A stretch of DNA of 64,000 bases from NCBI RefSeq assembly GCF_006345805.1, contig NC_043009.1, forward strand, positions 22,692,001 to 22,756,000. Direction: 5' to 3'. This DNA comes from Octopus sinensis (lineage: Eukaryota). This document shows, in pieces, positions 1-12,013 of this stretch (position 1 is the first letter of the stretch; the number at the start of each line of letters is the position of its first letter). Below the pieces are notes generated by a model. The model was not told the origin of the DNA. It worked only from the letters and a program-made list of their open reading frames with translations, and did not search any database. Made by a program: the position numbers and the translations under genes.

Positions 1-248
1 TGCTTTCAAAGAAAATTGGGAATGAAGGACACTCCTCCTATGATGGTGACATTCATTCACAACTATCATAATATGTGATGGCAGGGATAGACAGACACAC
101 ACACACACACACACACACATACATGTGATGGGCTTCTTTCAGCTTTCATCCACCAAAGCTTTGGTTAGCTTTGGGACTGAACTCAAAACCATGCAGTTAA
201 GAAGTCTTTACCACACAACCATGCCTGCTCATTCAATGAAGTATAGGT

Positions 249-644
249 GCAGGCATAGCTGTGTGGTAGGGAGCTTGCTTCCCTACCACATGGTTCCAAG
301 TTCAGTCCCACTGCGTGGCACCTTGGGTAAGTGTCTTCAACTATAAACTCAGGCTGACCAAAACCTGCTGAGTGGATTTTTTTAGAAGGAAAATGAAAGA
401 AGCCCATCGTATATACATGTATATGTGTCTGTGTCTTTGTGTCTGTGTCTGTTCCCCACATCACTGCTTGACAGCTGGTGTTGGTGTGTTTACATCCCCA
501 TAACTTAGCGGTTCAGCAAAAGGGTCTGATAGAATAAGTACCAGGTTTTAAAAGAATAAGTCCTGTGGTTGATTTGTTTAACTGAAACCTTTCAAAGCAA
601 TCTCCAGCATGGCCAGAGTCAGATGACTGAAACAAGTAAAAGAA
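249..644 (+). mobile_element. tRNA-derived CORE-type SINE (octopus OR1-like family), full length
   Basis: tRNA-like head (GCAGGCATAGCTGTGTGGT...GTTCAGTCC), CORE-like CACCTTGGGTAAGTGTCTT and tail CCAGCATGGCCAGAGTCAGATGACTGAAACAAG. More than 10 homologous copies in the window. Family name from recall. Confidence 0.85.
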
Positions 645-681
645 TATATGTGTGTGTGTGTGTGTGTGTATGTGTAACTTT

Positions 682-1053
682 CACTTGTTTTAGTCATTAG
701 ACTGTGGCCATGCGGAGGTACCATCTTGAAGGGTTTTAGTCGAATGAATCAAGCCCAATACTTTTTTTTTAAAGCCTAGTAATTATTCTATCAGTCTCTT
801 TTGCCAAATTGCTAAGTTACAAGGATGTAAACAAACTAACATCAGTTGTCAAACAGTGGTAGGAACAAATACACACATATACACACAACACACACACGAT
901 GGGCTTCTTTCAGTATCCATCCACCAAATCCACTCATAAGGCTTTGGTCAGTCCAGGGATATAGTAGAAGACACTTGCCCAAGCTGCCATGCAGTGGGAC
1001 TGAACCCTGAACCATGAGGTTGGAAAGTAAATTTCTTACCACATGGCTACACC
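682..1053 (-). mobile_element. OR1-like SINE
   Basis: Reverse complement of the 249-644 family, from tail TTTTAGTCATTAGACTGTGGCCATG to head CTTACCACATGGCTACACCT. Confidence 0.85.
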
Positions 1054-1672
1054 TACAAATTACAGTTCTACATACCTTATATAATCTACCAGATATCTTG
1101 TTTTATTAAATATTGGTTTCAAATTTTGAGACAAGGCCAGCAATTTCAAGAAGGGGCACATACATATACCCAGGCTAATTCCCCCTTTTTTTTAGGAGTG
1201 GGTAGCCACAACAAGACACACACCAGGCACTCCATTCATTACCCAGTTCAAAGCAGCTAGCCCCATCCTATGTTCGGGCCAAGTCACAGAACACAATGCC
1301 AATATCAGCAGCAGGGCCCGACAGCATATGCTCTGCTGCCTCATACTAGTTGGATACACTTTTGAGCAACATCTAGAAGGGGTAAATATATATAAGCATA
1401 GGGCTATAGCGGATTTGTTTCACACATTGGACTGTGGTACTATTGCCTTATAGAATATGTGTGTGCATAAATAAATATATGAAATTATTCAAAGGACATA
1501 CTAAGTATGTCTACCTGCTGGAAATAACAGTCAAAACTCTTATTTAAATTGCCGAAATACAGTGATACTAATTACAGAAATCAACCATCTGAAGGCAAAT
1601 GGGCTAAGACAATCTCTCAGCATAACAAAGATAATATCTTTGCAAATATTTTCTCCTGAATTACTTGCTTTG

Positions 1673-1717
<45 letters not shown>

Positions 1718-1807
1718 AATAATAATAATAATAATAATATGAGGGAAAATTATTCCAAACTTACAGGGAAAAATTCAATTTAGAAATACTAAATCAAATT
1801 TCACAAA

Positions 1808-1861
<54 letters not shown>

Positions 1862-2196
1862 CATATATAAGTTAGAAAAAAAACCCCACCTTTTACAATT
1901 CAATAATGAAAAACTAAATTATACCATCTAGAAAATTACATATTATAGAAAGATTAAATATAAGATAAAACATATAACGATGATTAAGTAATGTGCAAAA
2001 TAATAAATAAAACATATATATTTGATATATATGTATATATATACATATACACACACACACAAACAAACAAAGACTTGTATAAACACAGACACTCACCATG
2101 TTAAATGTTCATGTTACAAATGTATATACAGATGCACATTTCGTTTTTGGATTTGGTTTGCAAAATTCTTTATGAGTTCATGTGTTGAAGCATATT

Positions 2197-2453
2197 CTGT
2201 TGCGTCTGGGGAGAGTCATTCTCTTTTGATGTCTCATAATTTAACACACTCACTGGTAAAATTTCCACTTATTTCTTATTTTTATTTTCCTAAAACTTTC
2301 ATTGCATCTTGCAACCTTTTCAACACTTGAAAAGGTTGCAAGACGCAATGAAAAGTTTAGGAAAATAAAATTAAGAAATAAGTGGAAATTTTACCGGTGA
2401 GTGTGTGAAATTATGAGGCACAAAAAGAAAATTACTCTCCCCAGACACAACAG
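2197..2453. repeat. Fold-back element, two 127-bp arms around a 3-nt loop, with a hammerhead-like motif in each arm
   Basis: Arms 2197-2323 and 2327-2453 are diverged reverse complements; apex CCTTTTCAA-CAC-TTGAAAAGG. Confidence 0.9.
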
Positions 2454-2714
2454 ATGCACAATTACACAAAAAAGATATACACACACACACACACACAATA
2501 TCTAACACAAGCAGATGCATTGTGCATACATATATATATACACTGGCTTACACTGACATTCATGTTATAAAAATACATTGCACAATTTCACAAGGAACAC
2601 ACACACACATACCTATAAACATACACATATATATATATGCATACAACAGTACCCCTGCATGGAGTACTACTGCCCTTTAGAATTTATCAAAGAAACTGGC
2701 TTCAGTATCTGTTT

Positions 2715-2985
2715 GAAAGTCTGGTGCTTATTCTATTGGTCTCTTTTGCTGAACTTATCTCACGGGAGTGTAAACAAACCAACACTAGTTGGTAGAGCAG
2801 CAGAAAACAGACACAAACATAGATATATATACAATGAGTTTTCATACAGTATCCATCTACAAAATTCATCCACAAGGAATCAGTCGAGCCAGGGCTACGA
2901 TAGAAGACATTTGCCCAAGGTGCTGTGCAGTGGGACTGAACCCCAAAACAATGTGGTTGCAAAACGGGGCTCTTAAACACAAAAG
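2715..2985 (-). mobile_element. OR1-like SINE, degraded
   Basis: TATTCTATTGGTCTCTTTTGCTGAAC...GAAGACATTTGCCCAAGGTGC...GGGACTGAACCC matches the family reverse complement. Confidence 0.75.
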
Positions 2986-3339
2986 CCAAGCCAAAGATTC
3001 TATGATAAGTGTGCGACTATTTGATTTGGACAGAGATTTGTTTTCAGATAATCAGCTCCTGATGTTTCAAATCCTAACCTCTGCTTAGATGTTGCAATAG
3101 CAGCGACATAAGATTTTTCTCAGACAAACGTTTCTTTAACACTGAATATGTAAGACTAACAAACAAATTAAAATTTATGTAAATATACAAATATATACAT
3201 ACACACACACACACATATACACATAGATGCATACACATGTATGTATGTATATGAATATATGTGAGTGTGTGCATAATGAGTGTATGTGTGTGGCTATATA
3301 TTATATATATACATATATATATATATAATAATAATATTA

Positions 3340-3845
3340 AGGAATAAATCCAAACTTACAGGGAAAAACTAGATTTAGGATTAAATCCAATTTTATAGTA
3401 TATATTATATTATATTATATTAAATTAGAGATAAAACCACTATTAGGCAAATCAAACAGTGAAAAACATAAGCCAATACATAAAATTAATTAAAAAATAT
3501 TGTTCATGTTATATTTTTATATTTATATATTATTTTATTAATTAATTAATTAATTAATTAATTTTTTTAAAAAATATATATCAAAAGTATTAATACTTTT
3601 GATATATATTTAAAAAAAAAATTAATTAATAAATAAAATAATATATAAATATAAAAATATACATACATACATATATATATATATATTTGTATGTATATGT
3701 AAAATTTATAAGTTTAAATTATTTAAATAATTTTTTATTTTTAACTTTTATATTTTAAAATTAATTTTATGTATTGGCTTATGTTTTTCACTGTTTGATT
3801 TGCCTAATAGTGGTTTTATCTCTAATTTAATATAATATAATATAT
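3340..3845. repeat. AT-rich dispersed repeat arranged as a nested palindrome
   Basis: AAATTAGAGATAAAACCACTATTAGGCAAATCAAACAGTGAAAAACATAAGCC (~3421-3473) is inverted at ~3773-3829. Inner palindrome centred at ATCAAAAGTATT|AATACTTTTGAT (3590/3591). Further copies at ~8430-8530 and ~10790-10885; relative at ~1740-1810. Confidence 0.8.
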
Positions 3846-3940
3846 ATATATATATATATATATACATGCGTGTGTGTATGTATGTATGTGTGTATATATA
3901 TATATATATACACATATATGTATACATATGTATGTGTGTA

Positions 3941-3981
<41 letters not shown>

Positions 3982-4470
3982 CCTCTGTTGATTCCACAGA
4001 AGTGATAAAAAACAGGACTCAATACAAACAGAGGGTATATGTAGATATGTATTTGTATGTGTGAGTATATGTGTGTGTGTATATATATATATATATCATC
4101 TATGATTTCATATGTATGTGTGCATGTGTAAAGAAAATATACAAGCCTATCAAAGAATAGTGTTTTCAATAGATTTTCTTCTTATGTATGCATACATGTG
4201 TGTGTGTGTATGCAATCATGTATGTGTGCTGGTTAACTTCAAATGATCAAAAATAGCGAATCCATTTGCCCTCTTGTTTCCTTCCCCACCTTTTTTTTTT
4301 CTTTCGTTCTTGAAGGGTACATACATTTTTTCCACTCATTTGTTTTCTTTCCATTTTCTTTCGGGGGGGGGGGGGCCCATCCATTCCTCGTTGCACTATT
4401 TGGGATGTGATGAGATAATTTCACCTTACCAGGTTCTCAGATGACCTTTTTCCTACTTTTTTTTACTGAC

Positions 4471-4517
<47 letters not shown>

Positions 4518-5162
4518 TAAACACATACAGACACATATGTATTTACAAACATGTATACATATAGATACATAAGCATATATATATATACAAACATACAGAA
4601 GCACATATAAAGATATGCATGCTCAAACATACACACACACACATACAAATAGATATGTTTTACATTTCTTCATATATTTTTTCTTTATATACTTTTAACT
4701 AGTAAAGTTAGTTTTTACAGTATAACGAGAAGTGGTGTGATGTGATGTGATGTAATCTAGTTGAGCAACTAACAAGATGGACATTTCAAATCAGAAACAT
4801 ACACACACACACAAAACCATACGAAAATATTCAAGAAAAAACTTGAGGCCACATTAGAAAACAACATATCTACATTTCCAGAATAACATTTGCACCCTGG
4901 CTTATGTAACTACATACCACATAGCAAGGTTTCGAGGGAGCCTTTATGTACTTGCTTGATCTATAAGAAATAACAGTCAAAGCACCTCTATCTGTTCTCA
5001 ATCATATTCTTTTATTTTAATCCTTTTGCATTCAGATAACTCTGTCAATTTTAATACTCATTCAGACATACTGTTTTGAACTAAGCATGTATTATCTCAA
5101 AGCTTCGAGATTTTGATGATGGGATTGTTTATCTTTAAAATGACTTTGTAGGGTGAGAGACC

Positions 5163-6117
5163 ATGAGTCCAAGAGCATTGACCATTTAACAATTAAACCA
5201 GCTGTAACTGGCCAAAATATTCTGCCTGCTTCATTGTTCAGACTGGCCAGATCTGACCTCTCACACCTACCCTAAAATGTCGTTTTAAAAATATACAAAC
5301 ATGCCATTGAAATCTTGAAGCTATGAGATGATGAATAATTAATTCAAAGCAATGTGAAGAAATAAGCTATAGATTTGACAAAGAAATCTGAATGCTGAAG
5401 GATTAAAGGAGCAGGGAAGAATGTCCACAAAGCAGGGACAATCACAGCTGTGAGAGACCAGCTGTAGCCAGTTTGATCATAAAACAGGTAGAATATTTGG
5501 GCTGGATATAGCTGCTTTGAATTCTAAAGGAAGGAAACTCCAGATAATGTAGTCCTATAGATATAAAAACAAAGCAACGAGCTGGTAGAATCATTGACAA
5601 AATGCACAGCAGCATTCCTTCCAGCTCTTTATATTCTGAGTTCAAATCCCATCAAAGTCAACTTTGCCTTTCATCCCTTCAGTGTTGATAAAATAAAGTA
5701 CTGGGTTCAATGTTATTGATTTGTCCCCTCTCCTCAAAATTGATGCCCTTGGACACTACAAGAAACAAGTGTCCTGAGTACTGTTCAGGGAGAATATTGT
5801 GATTAGGGTCACTTATACATCATGGAAACCTAGTAACCAACCGTATGAGTCCAAGAGCATTGGCCATTTAACATTTAAACCAGCTGTAGCTGGCCAAAAT
5901 ATTCTGCCTGCTTCATGTTCAGACTGGCCAGATTTGACTTCTCACACCTACCCTAAAATGTCGTTTTAAAAATATACAAACATACCATTGAAATCTTGAA
6001 GCTATGAGATGATAAATAATTAATTCAAAGCAATAAGCTATAGATTTGACAAAGAAATCCAAATGCTGGAGGATTAAAGGAGCAGGGAAGAATGTCCACA
6101 AAGCAGGGACAATCACA
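5163..6117 (+). repeat. Local direct duplication (5163-5446 and 5845-6117) containing a TTAA-ended piggyBac-type MITE remnant
   Basis: Both copies share ATGAGTCCAAGAGCATTG...AATGCTG(A/G)AGGATTAA...GCAGGGACAATCACA, including flank beyond the MITE end. Confidence 0.75.
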
Positions 6118-6290
6118 ATGGAACATTATTAATCATAGATCTGTTTGATTATGGCTGACCTAGTGCTAAAACAGTGGTCCTCAACCAATTTTTGCTTCTG
6201 GACTCCTTTGATTCTTCATCTACTCTATTGGACCCTCATAGTCATTTGATGTTTAAATGATCCCTTTATATCTTATGATTAAGAATTATT

Positions 6291-6465
6291 AAAAAGCACC
6301 CACTACACTCTCAGAGTGGTTGGCATTAGGAAGGGCATCAAGCTGTAGAGACCTTCCCAAATCAGATTGGAGCCTGGTGCAGCCTCCTGGCTTGCCAATT
6401 CTCAGTCAGACTGTTCAACCCAGGCCAGCATGGAAAGTGGGTATTAAACAATGATGATGATGATG
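6291..6465 (+). mobile_element. RTE-type 3' tail fragment ending in (GAT)n
   Basis: AAAAAGCACCCACTACACTC...GGAAGGGCATC...TTAAACAATGATGATG, homologous to the RTE 3' end at 27903-28096. Confidence 0.85.
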
Positions 6466-6705
6466 TATGAAAAAATTGTTAAAATATCTGTGTATTGTAG
6501 AAGCAGAGCCAATTTATTGCAAATAGATTTTAAGAAAATTGTATATTGATCCCCAAGGGCCATGTGGACACTAGTTGGGAATCACTGGTCTATATAGCAT
6601 TTCCCAACCATTTTTTAGCTGTGGACCCTTTTGGTTCCTATTCTGCATTTACTGTTTAAAAAATCTTTTTGTATTTATATAATTAAACATTATCAGGAAT
6701 TACTC

Positions 6706-7080
6706 TTTTACTTGTTTTAGTCATTTGACTGTGGCCATGCTGGAGCATTGCCTTTTGGTCAAACAAATCGATCCCAGAGCTTATTCTTTGGAAGCCTAGT
6801 ACTTATTCTATTGGTCTCTTTTGTCAAACTGCTAAGTTACGGAGACGTAAACACACCAGCATCAGTTGTCAAGTGATGTTGGGAGGACAAACACAGACAT
6901 GCATACATATACATATATACATATACAATGGGCTTCTTCCAGTTTCTGCCTACTGAATCCACTCACAAGGCTTTGGTTGACCTGAGGCTAAAGGAGAAGA
7001 TATTTACCCAAGGTGCCAAGTAGTGGGACTGAACCCAGGACCATGTGATTAGTAAGCAAGCTACTTACCACACAGCCATG
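6706..7080 (-). mobile_element. OR1-like SINE nested in a MITE
   Basis: Full reverse-complement match to the family. Confidence 0.85.
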
Positions 7081-7532
7081 TATTAAAAAAATTAAAATAT
7101 TTTGTGTATTGTTGAAGTATAACCATTTTATTGCAGATAACTTTTTTACAGCAAAAATTTTATATATTGACTTCCAAGGGCCATATGGATACCGGTCAAG
7201 AACCACTTGGCTAAAACAACAACAACATACCAAAGATGCGCCACTTCGCTCCATTCCACAAAAAATTCTCCAATCATAGCTCATCATCCTACATACACAA
7301 TATCTTCAGACTACTATGTCATATGCTAGGTATGATGCACAGAGCACAACACAGATTCACTGCCACACAAGTGGCATGCTGCTCTTCACACAATGCATGT
7401 TTGATTGCTTTGCTGTACATCAAACAACACAAGCTGATTTGCTAGACTGCATGTCGCGCATACAAGCTTAATGACGTGCTCCAGATAACACAGGCTAACT
7501 GCCATGCTGTACGTCATACAACTCAGTGAGTG

Positions 7533-7842
7533 AAGGTGCGTGGTTTAGTGGTTAAGGTATTTAGCTCATGGTCACAAGGCCATGAGTTCAATTTCTGGCG
7601 ACACCTTGTGCCCTTGAGCAAGACACTTTATTTCACGTTGCTCCAGTTCACTCAGCTGACAAAAACGAGTAGTACATGTATTTCAAAAGGGCCAGCCTTG
7701 TCACACTGAATCTCCCAGAGAACTACAGTTAAGGGTATGCATGTCTATGGTGTGCTCAACCACTGGTATGTTAATTTTGCAAGCAGGCTGTTCCATTGAT
7801 TGGATCAACTGGAACACTCACTGTCATAACTGCTGGAGTGCC
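7533..7842 (+). mobile_element. Second CORE-type tRNA SINE family (OR2-like)
   Basis: A box TGGTTTAGTGG, B box GAGTTCAATT, CORE-like TGTGCCCTTGAGCAAGACACTTTATTTCACGTTGCTCCAG; related head and core at 53685-53996. Confidence 0.7.
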
Positions 7843-8388
7843 AGAGAAAAAAAGAAAGAAAAAATCCCTGCCATATCAATCTCACAAACTAAGCTAACTA
7901 CTACACTGCATTTCACATAAGATAGGCTAACTGCCATGCTACAGATCACACAACATGGGCTAACTGCCATAATAAACCTCTGGAAACCTATGGCTGTCAT
8001 ACTAGAGAACTCCACACAACATAGCTTGACAATTACATCACAACTTATACAGTACAATGTAAGTGTCTTTGCTCCACTTCACACAACATGCTCATATCGT
8101 CAACCTGCAATCCAGCATGGCCTGAATGCAGAATTAGACAATTGAGTGCGACTGTTTAAACACGGATGATTTGGCATTCGTGACTAACTATTTAGGCTGT
8201 TTTGGTGACTAATTTTTGGGATTGGAGGCAAATGCACGTACGTAACCCATGCAGAAATATACAAAATTTATTAGAACACAACTGACATAAACACTATCCC
8301 GCAGCAAATGAGCATTTAAACCACAAACACTATGTATGTGTGACCAATAATATCTACATGGCTACAGATGCTTTCAATTATATATATA

Positions 8389-8526
8389 TCAATATCTATA
8401 AATCTGAAATGCGAAAAGTTTTTAAATTTTATATATTTTGTATATTATATTTTTATTTTTATGTTTTGGTTTATGTTTTTCACTGTTTGATTTGCCTAAT
8501 CTCTAATTTGCCTTATCTCTAATTTA

Positions 8527-8575
<49 letters not shown>

Positions 8576-9054
8576 TATAAATATATATATATATATTTAT
8601 ATATACAAGATAAGAAAATGGAGAAATACATCTAAATCAAATATCAATTATCAGATAATACTCAATCACATACTTTATTAAACCACCACATAAGAGACTG
8701 TAGGGTTAAACATAAAAAAGCAGAACAAATCAGTGTACATAAAGGAATGTACATAAAAAAGTGTACATAAAAGAGTAATGTTGTATAATAAGTAGAATAT
8801 ATATATAAAAAAGAGAATATAAATATAAGTTAAATTATCTGATAATTGATATTTGATTTAGATGTATTTCTCCATTTTCTTATCTTGTATTAGTAATTTG
8901 TGGTAAATCATTTTACCTTTGCCCATATAATACAGTAAATGAATTGATTGCATCGCAATTCTTAACATTTATGTATTAACTTTGTTGGGTACTTCACTAG
9001 CAGTATATTGGATATATGTTATCCCATGGAGGGTTGCATTTACAACACCTATCT

Positions 9055-9105
<51 letters not shown>

Positions 9106-9160
9106 ATACATTTGTATATATAATGCGTATACACACACACACACACACACATATATATAA

Positions 9161-9210
<50 letters not shown>

Positions 9211-10108
9211 GTGTGCATTATGTGGTTGGTTGTGCTGAAAATATGCACACCTATGTTAAAAGTACTGGCAAGTTTGCATGGCAACTATTTTTTTCCTCAA
9301 ATGAAAGGTGTGACCTCTAGGACAAAATTCCTCATCTTATAAGATGTGGCCCGAGTAGACCCGAATGAAATCGGGTTATATTAACCAAAATGTGAAAAGA
9401 GGTCTAAACGGGGCTTGAAGGGGATTAAAATTTACAGGAGCAGGTGTTTAGGAATTCTCTGTTTCATCAAGCTAAAAAATTTGCGCCAGCCTTTAAATCG
9501 TCAATATGTTGCCGTCCATGATGAAGAAATTTTGAATGCTTGCCATGGTGAGTCTACTGTCGTGAGAAAGAATCACTTCAAAGCTTGGTGTTTAGGAATT
9601 TTTTTTTACATCAAGTTCAAAATTTTACGCCAGCCATTAAACTGCCACTACGTTGCTGTCCGTTGTTAAGAAATGCCAGCCATGGTGACTCTGCTATCCT
9701 CAGATTCTATCCCTTCAAACTTTGGTTTCCAATATTTTTTTAATTTTTATTCAGCTCGCAAGTTCGTCTGTCCCTTTTAAATGTTAGTGCTTTGCTGTCT
9801 GCCTTGAAGCAAACCTTTCCATTGTCACTGCCTGATATTTATGATTGATCTTTCAAAATAATTACTTTCTAAACTTACTCAAGATCTTTTGTTGTTTATA
9901 AATGGGAGAGAGAGAGAGATAGAGAAAAATAGAGAGTAAGAGAAAGCGAGGGAGAGCCAGAGAGAAAGGAGGAGTAAGAGTGTGGGTAAGTGAGAGAGAA
10001 AGGAGAGAGAAACAAAGGGGGAGAATGTGGTGATAAAAATAGACAGGAAGCAACAGAAAGTAACAACCACACTCTTACCCGCATGTAGAGAGGGTCACCT
10101 AAAGCTAG
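8389..10108 (+). mobile_element. Non-autonomous Helitron, copy 1 of a head-to-tail pair
   Basis: 5' TC..TATAAATCTGAAATGCGAAAAGTTT; 3' hairpin ACCC..GGGT followed by CTAG (10105-10108) and T. Confidence 0.65.
8603..8890. repeat. Perfect 57-bp inverted repeat (8603-8659 / 8834-8890) with a 174-bp spacer
   Basis: ATACAAGATAAGAAAATGGAGAAATACATCTAAATCAAATATCAATTATCAGATAAT and its exact reverse complement. Confidence 0.9.
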
Positions 10109-10111
10109 TCA

Positions 10112-11991
10112 TCTCTATATTATAATTCTGAAATGCAAAAAGTTTGTTTGTTTGTCTGGTTTTGGCATCGAGAACAGGTTAAAGGGCACTAGATCCCGTC
10201 GGATTGACTCCAAAGTTTACAGGGACATGTAAAATGAGGTGAGGATGCGAGTGGGCTAGGTTAGAACCCCCCCATCTTAAAAGGTGTCGTTGCTAGGGCC
10301 AAAAACGCACTTTGACAAGTCTACTCTCATTCTTTTATGTATCTGTCTTCCTCCATCACTCACCCTCTTTCCTCCCTTCCTTTCACATTCTATCTATAAC
10401 GTCGTTTCACAGCATCTACCTCCCTTCACTTTCTCTTTATAACGTCGTTTCACAGCATCCTATATCTCCGCCCCTCCCCGCCTTCGACAGCGCTTTCACA
10501 CACTCTCTCTCTCTCTACGTCTGTCTGCATTCATAGAGAGAATTATCATCGCCACATCCACCACACAATCATGAGAACAAATATCATGAATCAGATATTT
10601 ATTGGGTTAATTTATATATGTGTGTGTGTGTGTGTGTTCTATATATAAATATGTATATATAATGTATAATTACAAAGTGTATATATCTGTATTTATGTAT
10701 ATTAAACTTTTTAATACTTTTTGATAGCTACATATATTTTTTAAAAAATTATAAATATAAATTAATAATTTTAATTTTAAACTTTATATTATATATTTTG
10801 TATATTATATTTTTATTTTTATGTTTTGGTTCAAATTTTTCACTGTTTGATTTGCCTAATAGTGGTTTTATCTCTAATTTAATTTATATATATATATTGT
10901 ATACATTTGTATATATAATGAGTACACACACACACACACATATGTATATATAATGCGTATATATATATATATATATATAATGTGTGCATTATGTGGTCGG
11001 TTGTGCTGAAAATATGCTCACCTATGTTAAAAGTGCTGGCGAGTTTGCATGGCAACTATTTTTTACCTCAAATGAAAGGCATGACCTCTAGGACAAAATT
11101 CCTCATCTTATAAAATGTGGCCTGAGCAGACCCGAATGAAATCGGGTTATCATCATCATCATCATCGTTTAACGTCTGCTTTAAACGATGATGATGATGA
11201 TAACCCGATTTCATTCGGGTCTACTCGGGCCACATTTTATAAGATGAGGAATTTTGTCCTAGAGGTTATATTAACCAAAATGTGAAAAGAGGGCTTGAAT
11301 GGGATTAAAATTTACAGGAGCGGGTGTTTAGGAATTCTCTGTTACATCAAGCTAAAAAAATTTGCGCCAGCCTTTAAATCGTCAATGTGTTGCTGTCCAT
11401 AATGAAGAAGTTTTGAATGCTTGCCATGGTGAGTTTACTGTCGTGAGAAAGAATCACTTCAAAGCTTGGTGTTTAGGAATTTTCTTTTACATCAAGTTCA
11501 AAATTTTACACCAGCCATTAAACTGCCACTACGTTGCTGTCCATCGTTAAGAAATGCCAGCCATGGTGACTCTACTATCCTCAGATTCTATCCCTTCAAA
11601 CTTTGGTTTCCAATATTTTTTTAATTTTTATTCAGCTCGCAAGTTCGTCTGTCCCTTTTAAATGTTAGTGTTTTGCTGTCTGCCTTGAAGCAGACCTTTC
11701 CGGTGTCACTGCCTGATATTTATGATTGATCTTTCAAAATATTTACTTTCTCAACTTACTCAAGATCTTTTGTTGTTTATAAATGGGAGAGAGAGAGAGA
11801 GATAGAGAAAGATAGAGGGTAAGAGAAAGTGAGGGAGAGCCAGAGAGAAAGGAAGAGTAAGAGAGTGGGAAGTGAGAGAGAAAGGAGAGAGAAACAAAGA
11901 GGGAGAATGTAGTGATAAAAAACAGAAAGGAAGCAACAGAAAGTAACAACCACACTCTTACCCACGCGTAGAGTGGGTCACCTTAAGCTAG
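10112..11991 (+). mobile_element. Non-autonomous Helitron, copy 2
   Basis: 5' TCTCTATATTATAATTCTGAAATGCAAAAAG(TTTG)n; 3' hairpin ACCCAC-GCGTAGA-GTGGGT (11960-11978) then CTAG 11988-11991 and T. 10895-11991 is closely similar to 9100-10108. Confidence 0.75.
11084..11266. repeat. Snap-back hairpin made of a ~30-nt RTE tail plus inverted flank
   Basis: Arms 11084-11172 and 11181-11266, loop CGTCTGCT; absent from the sister copy at ~9314-9380. Confidence 0.9.
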
Positions 11992-12013
11992 TATATATAT
12001 ATATATATAGATA

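Larger units (their letters stand above)
6172..7208 (+). mobile_element. Two tandem hAT-type MITEs (6172-6587, 6596-7208), each interrupted by a different retroelement
   Basis: Termini CAGTGGTCCTCAAC / GTTGGGAATCACTG and AGCATTTCCCAACC / AAGAACCACTT; 8-bp spacers TGCTAAAA, GTCTATAT, GGCTAAAA. Family assignment from terminal motifs only. Confidence 0.6.

Noticed and set aside
249-330. tRNA genes at SINE heads (also 7533 and 21257)
   Set aside because: A and B boxes are present but there is no complete cloverleaf, and they continue into repeat bodies.
4424-4460. Minus-strand micro-exon ending at a GTAAGG donor
   Set aside because: No polypyrimidine tract precedes the nearest AG.
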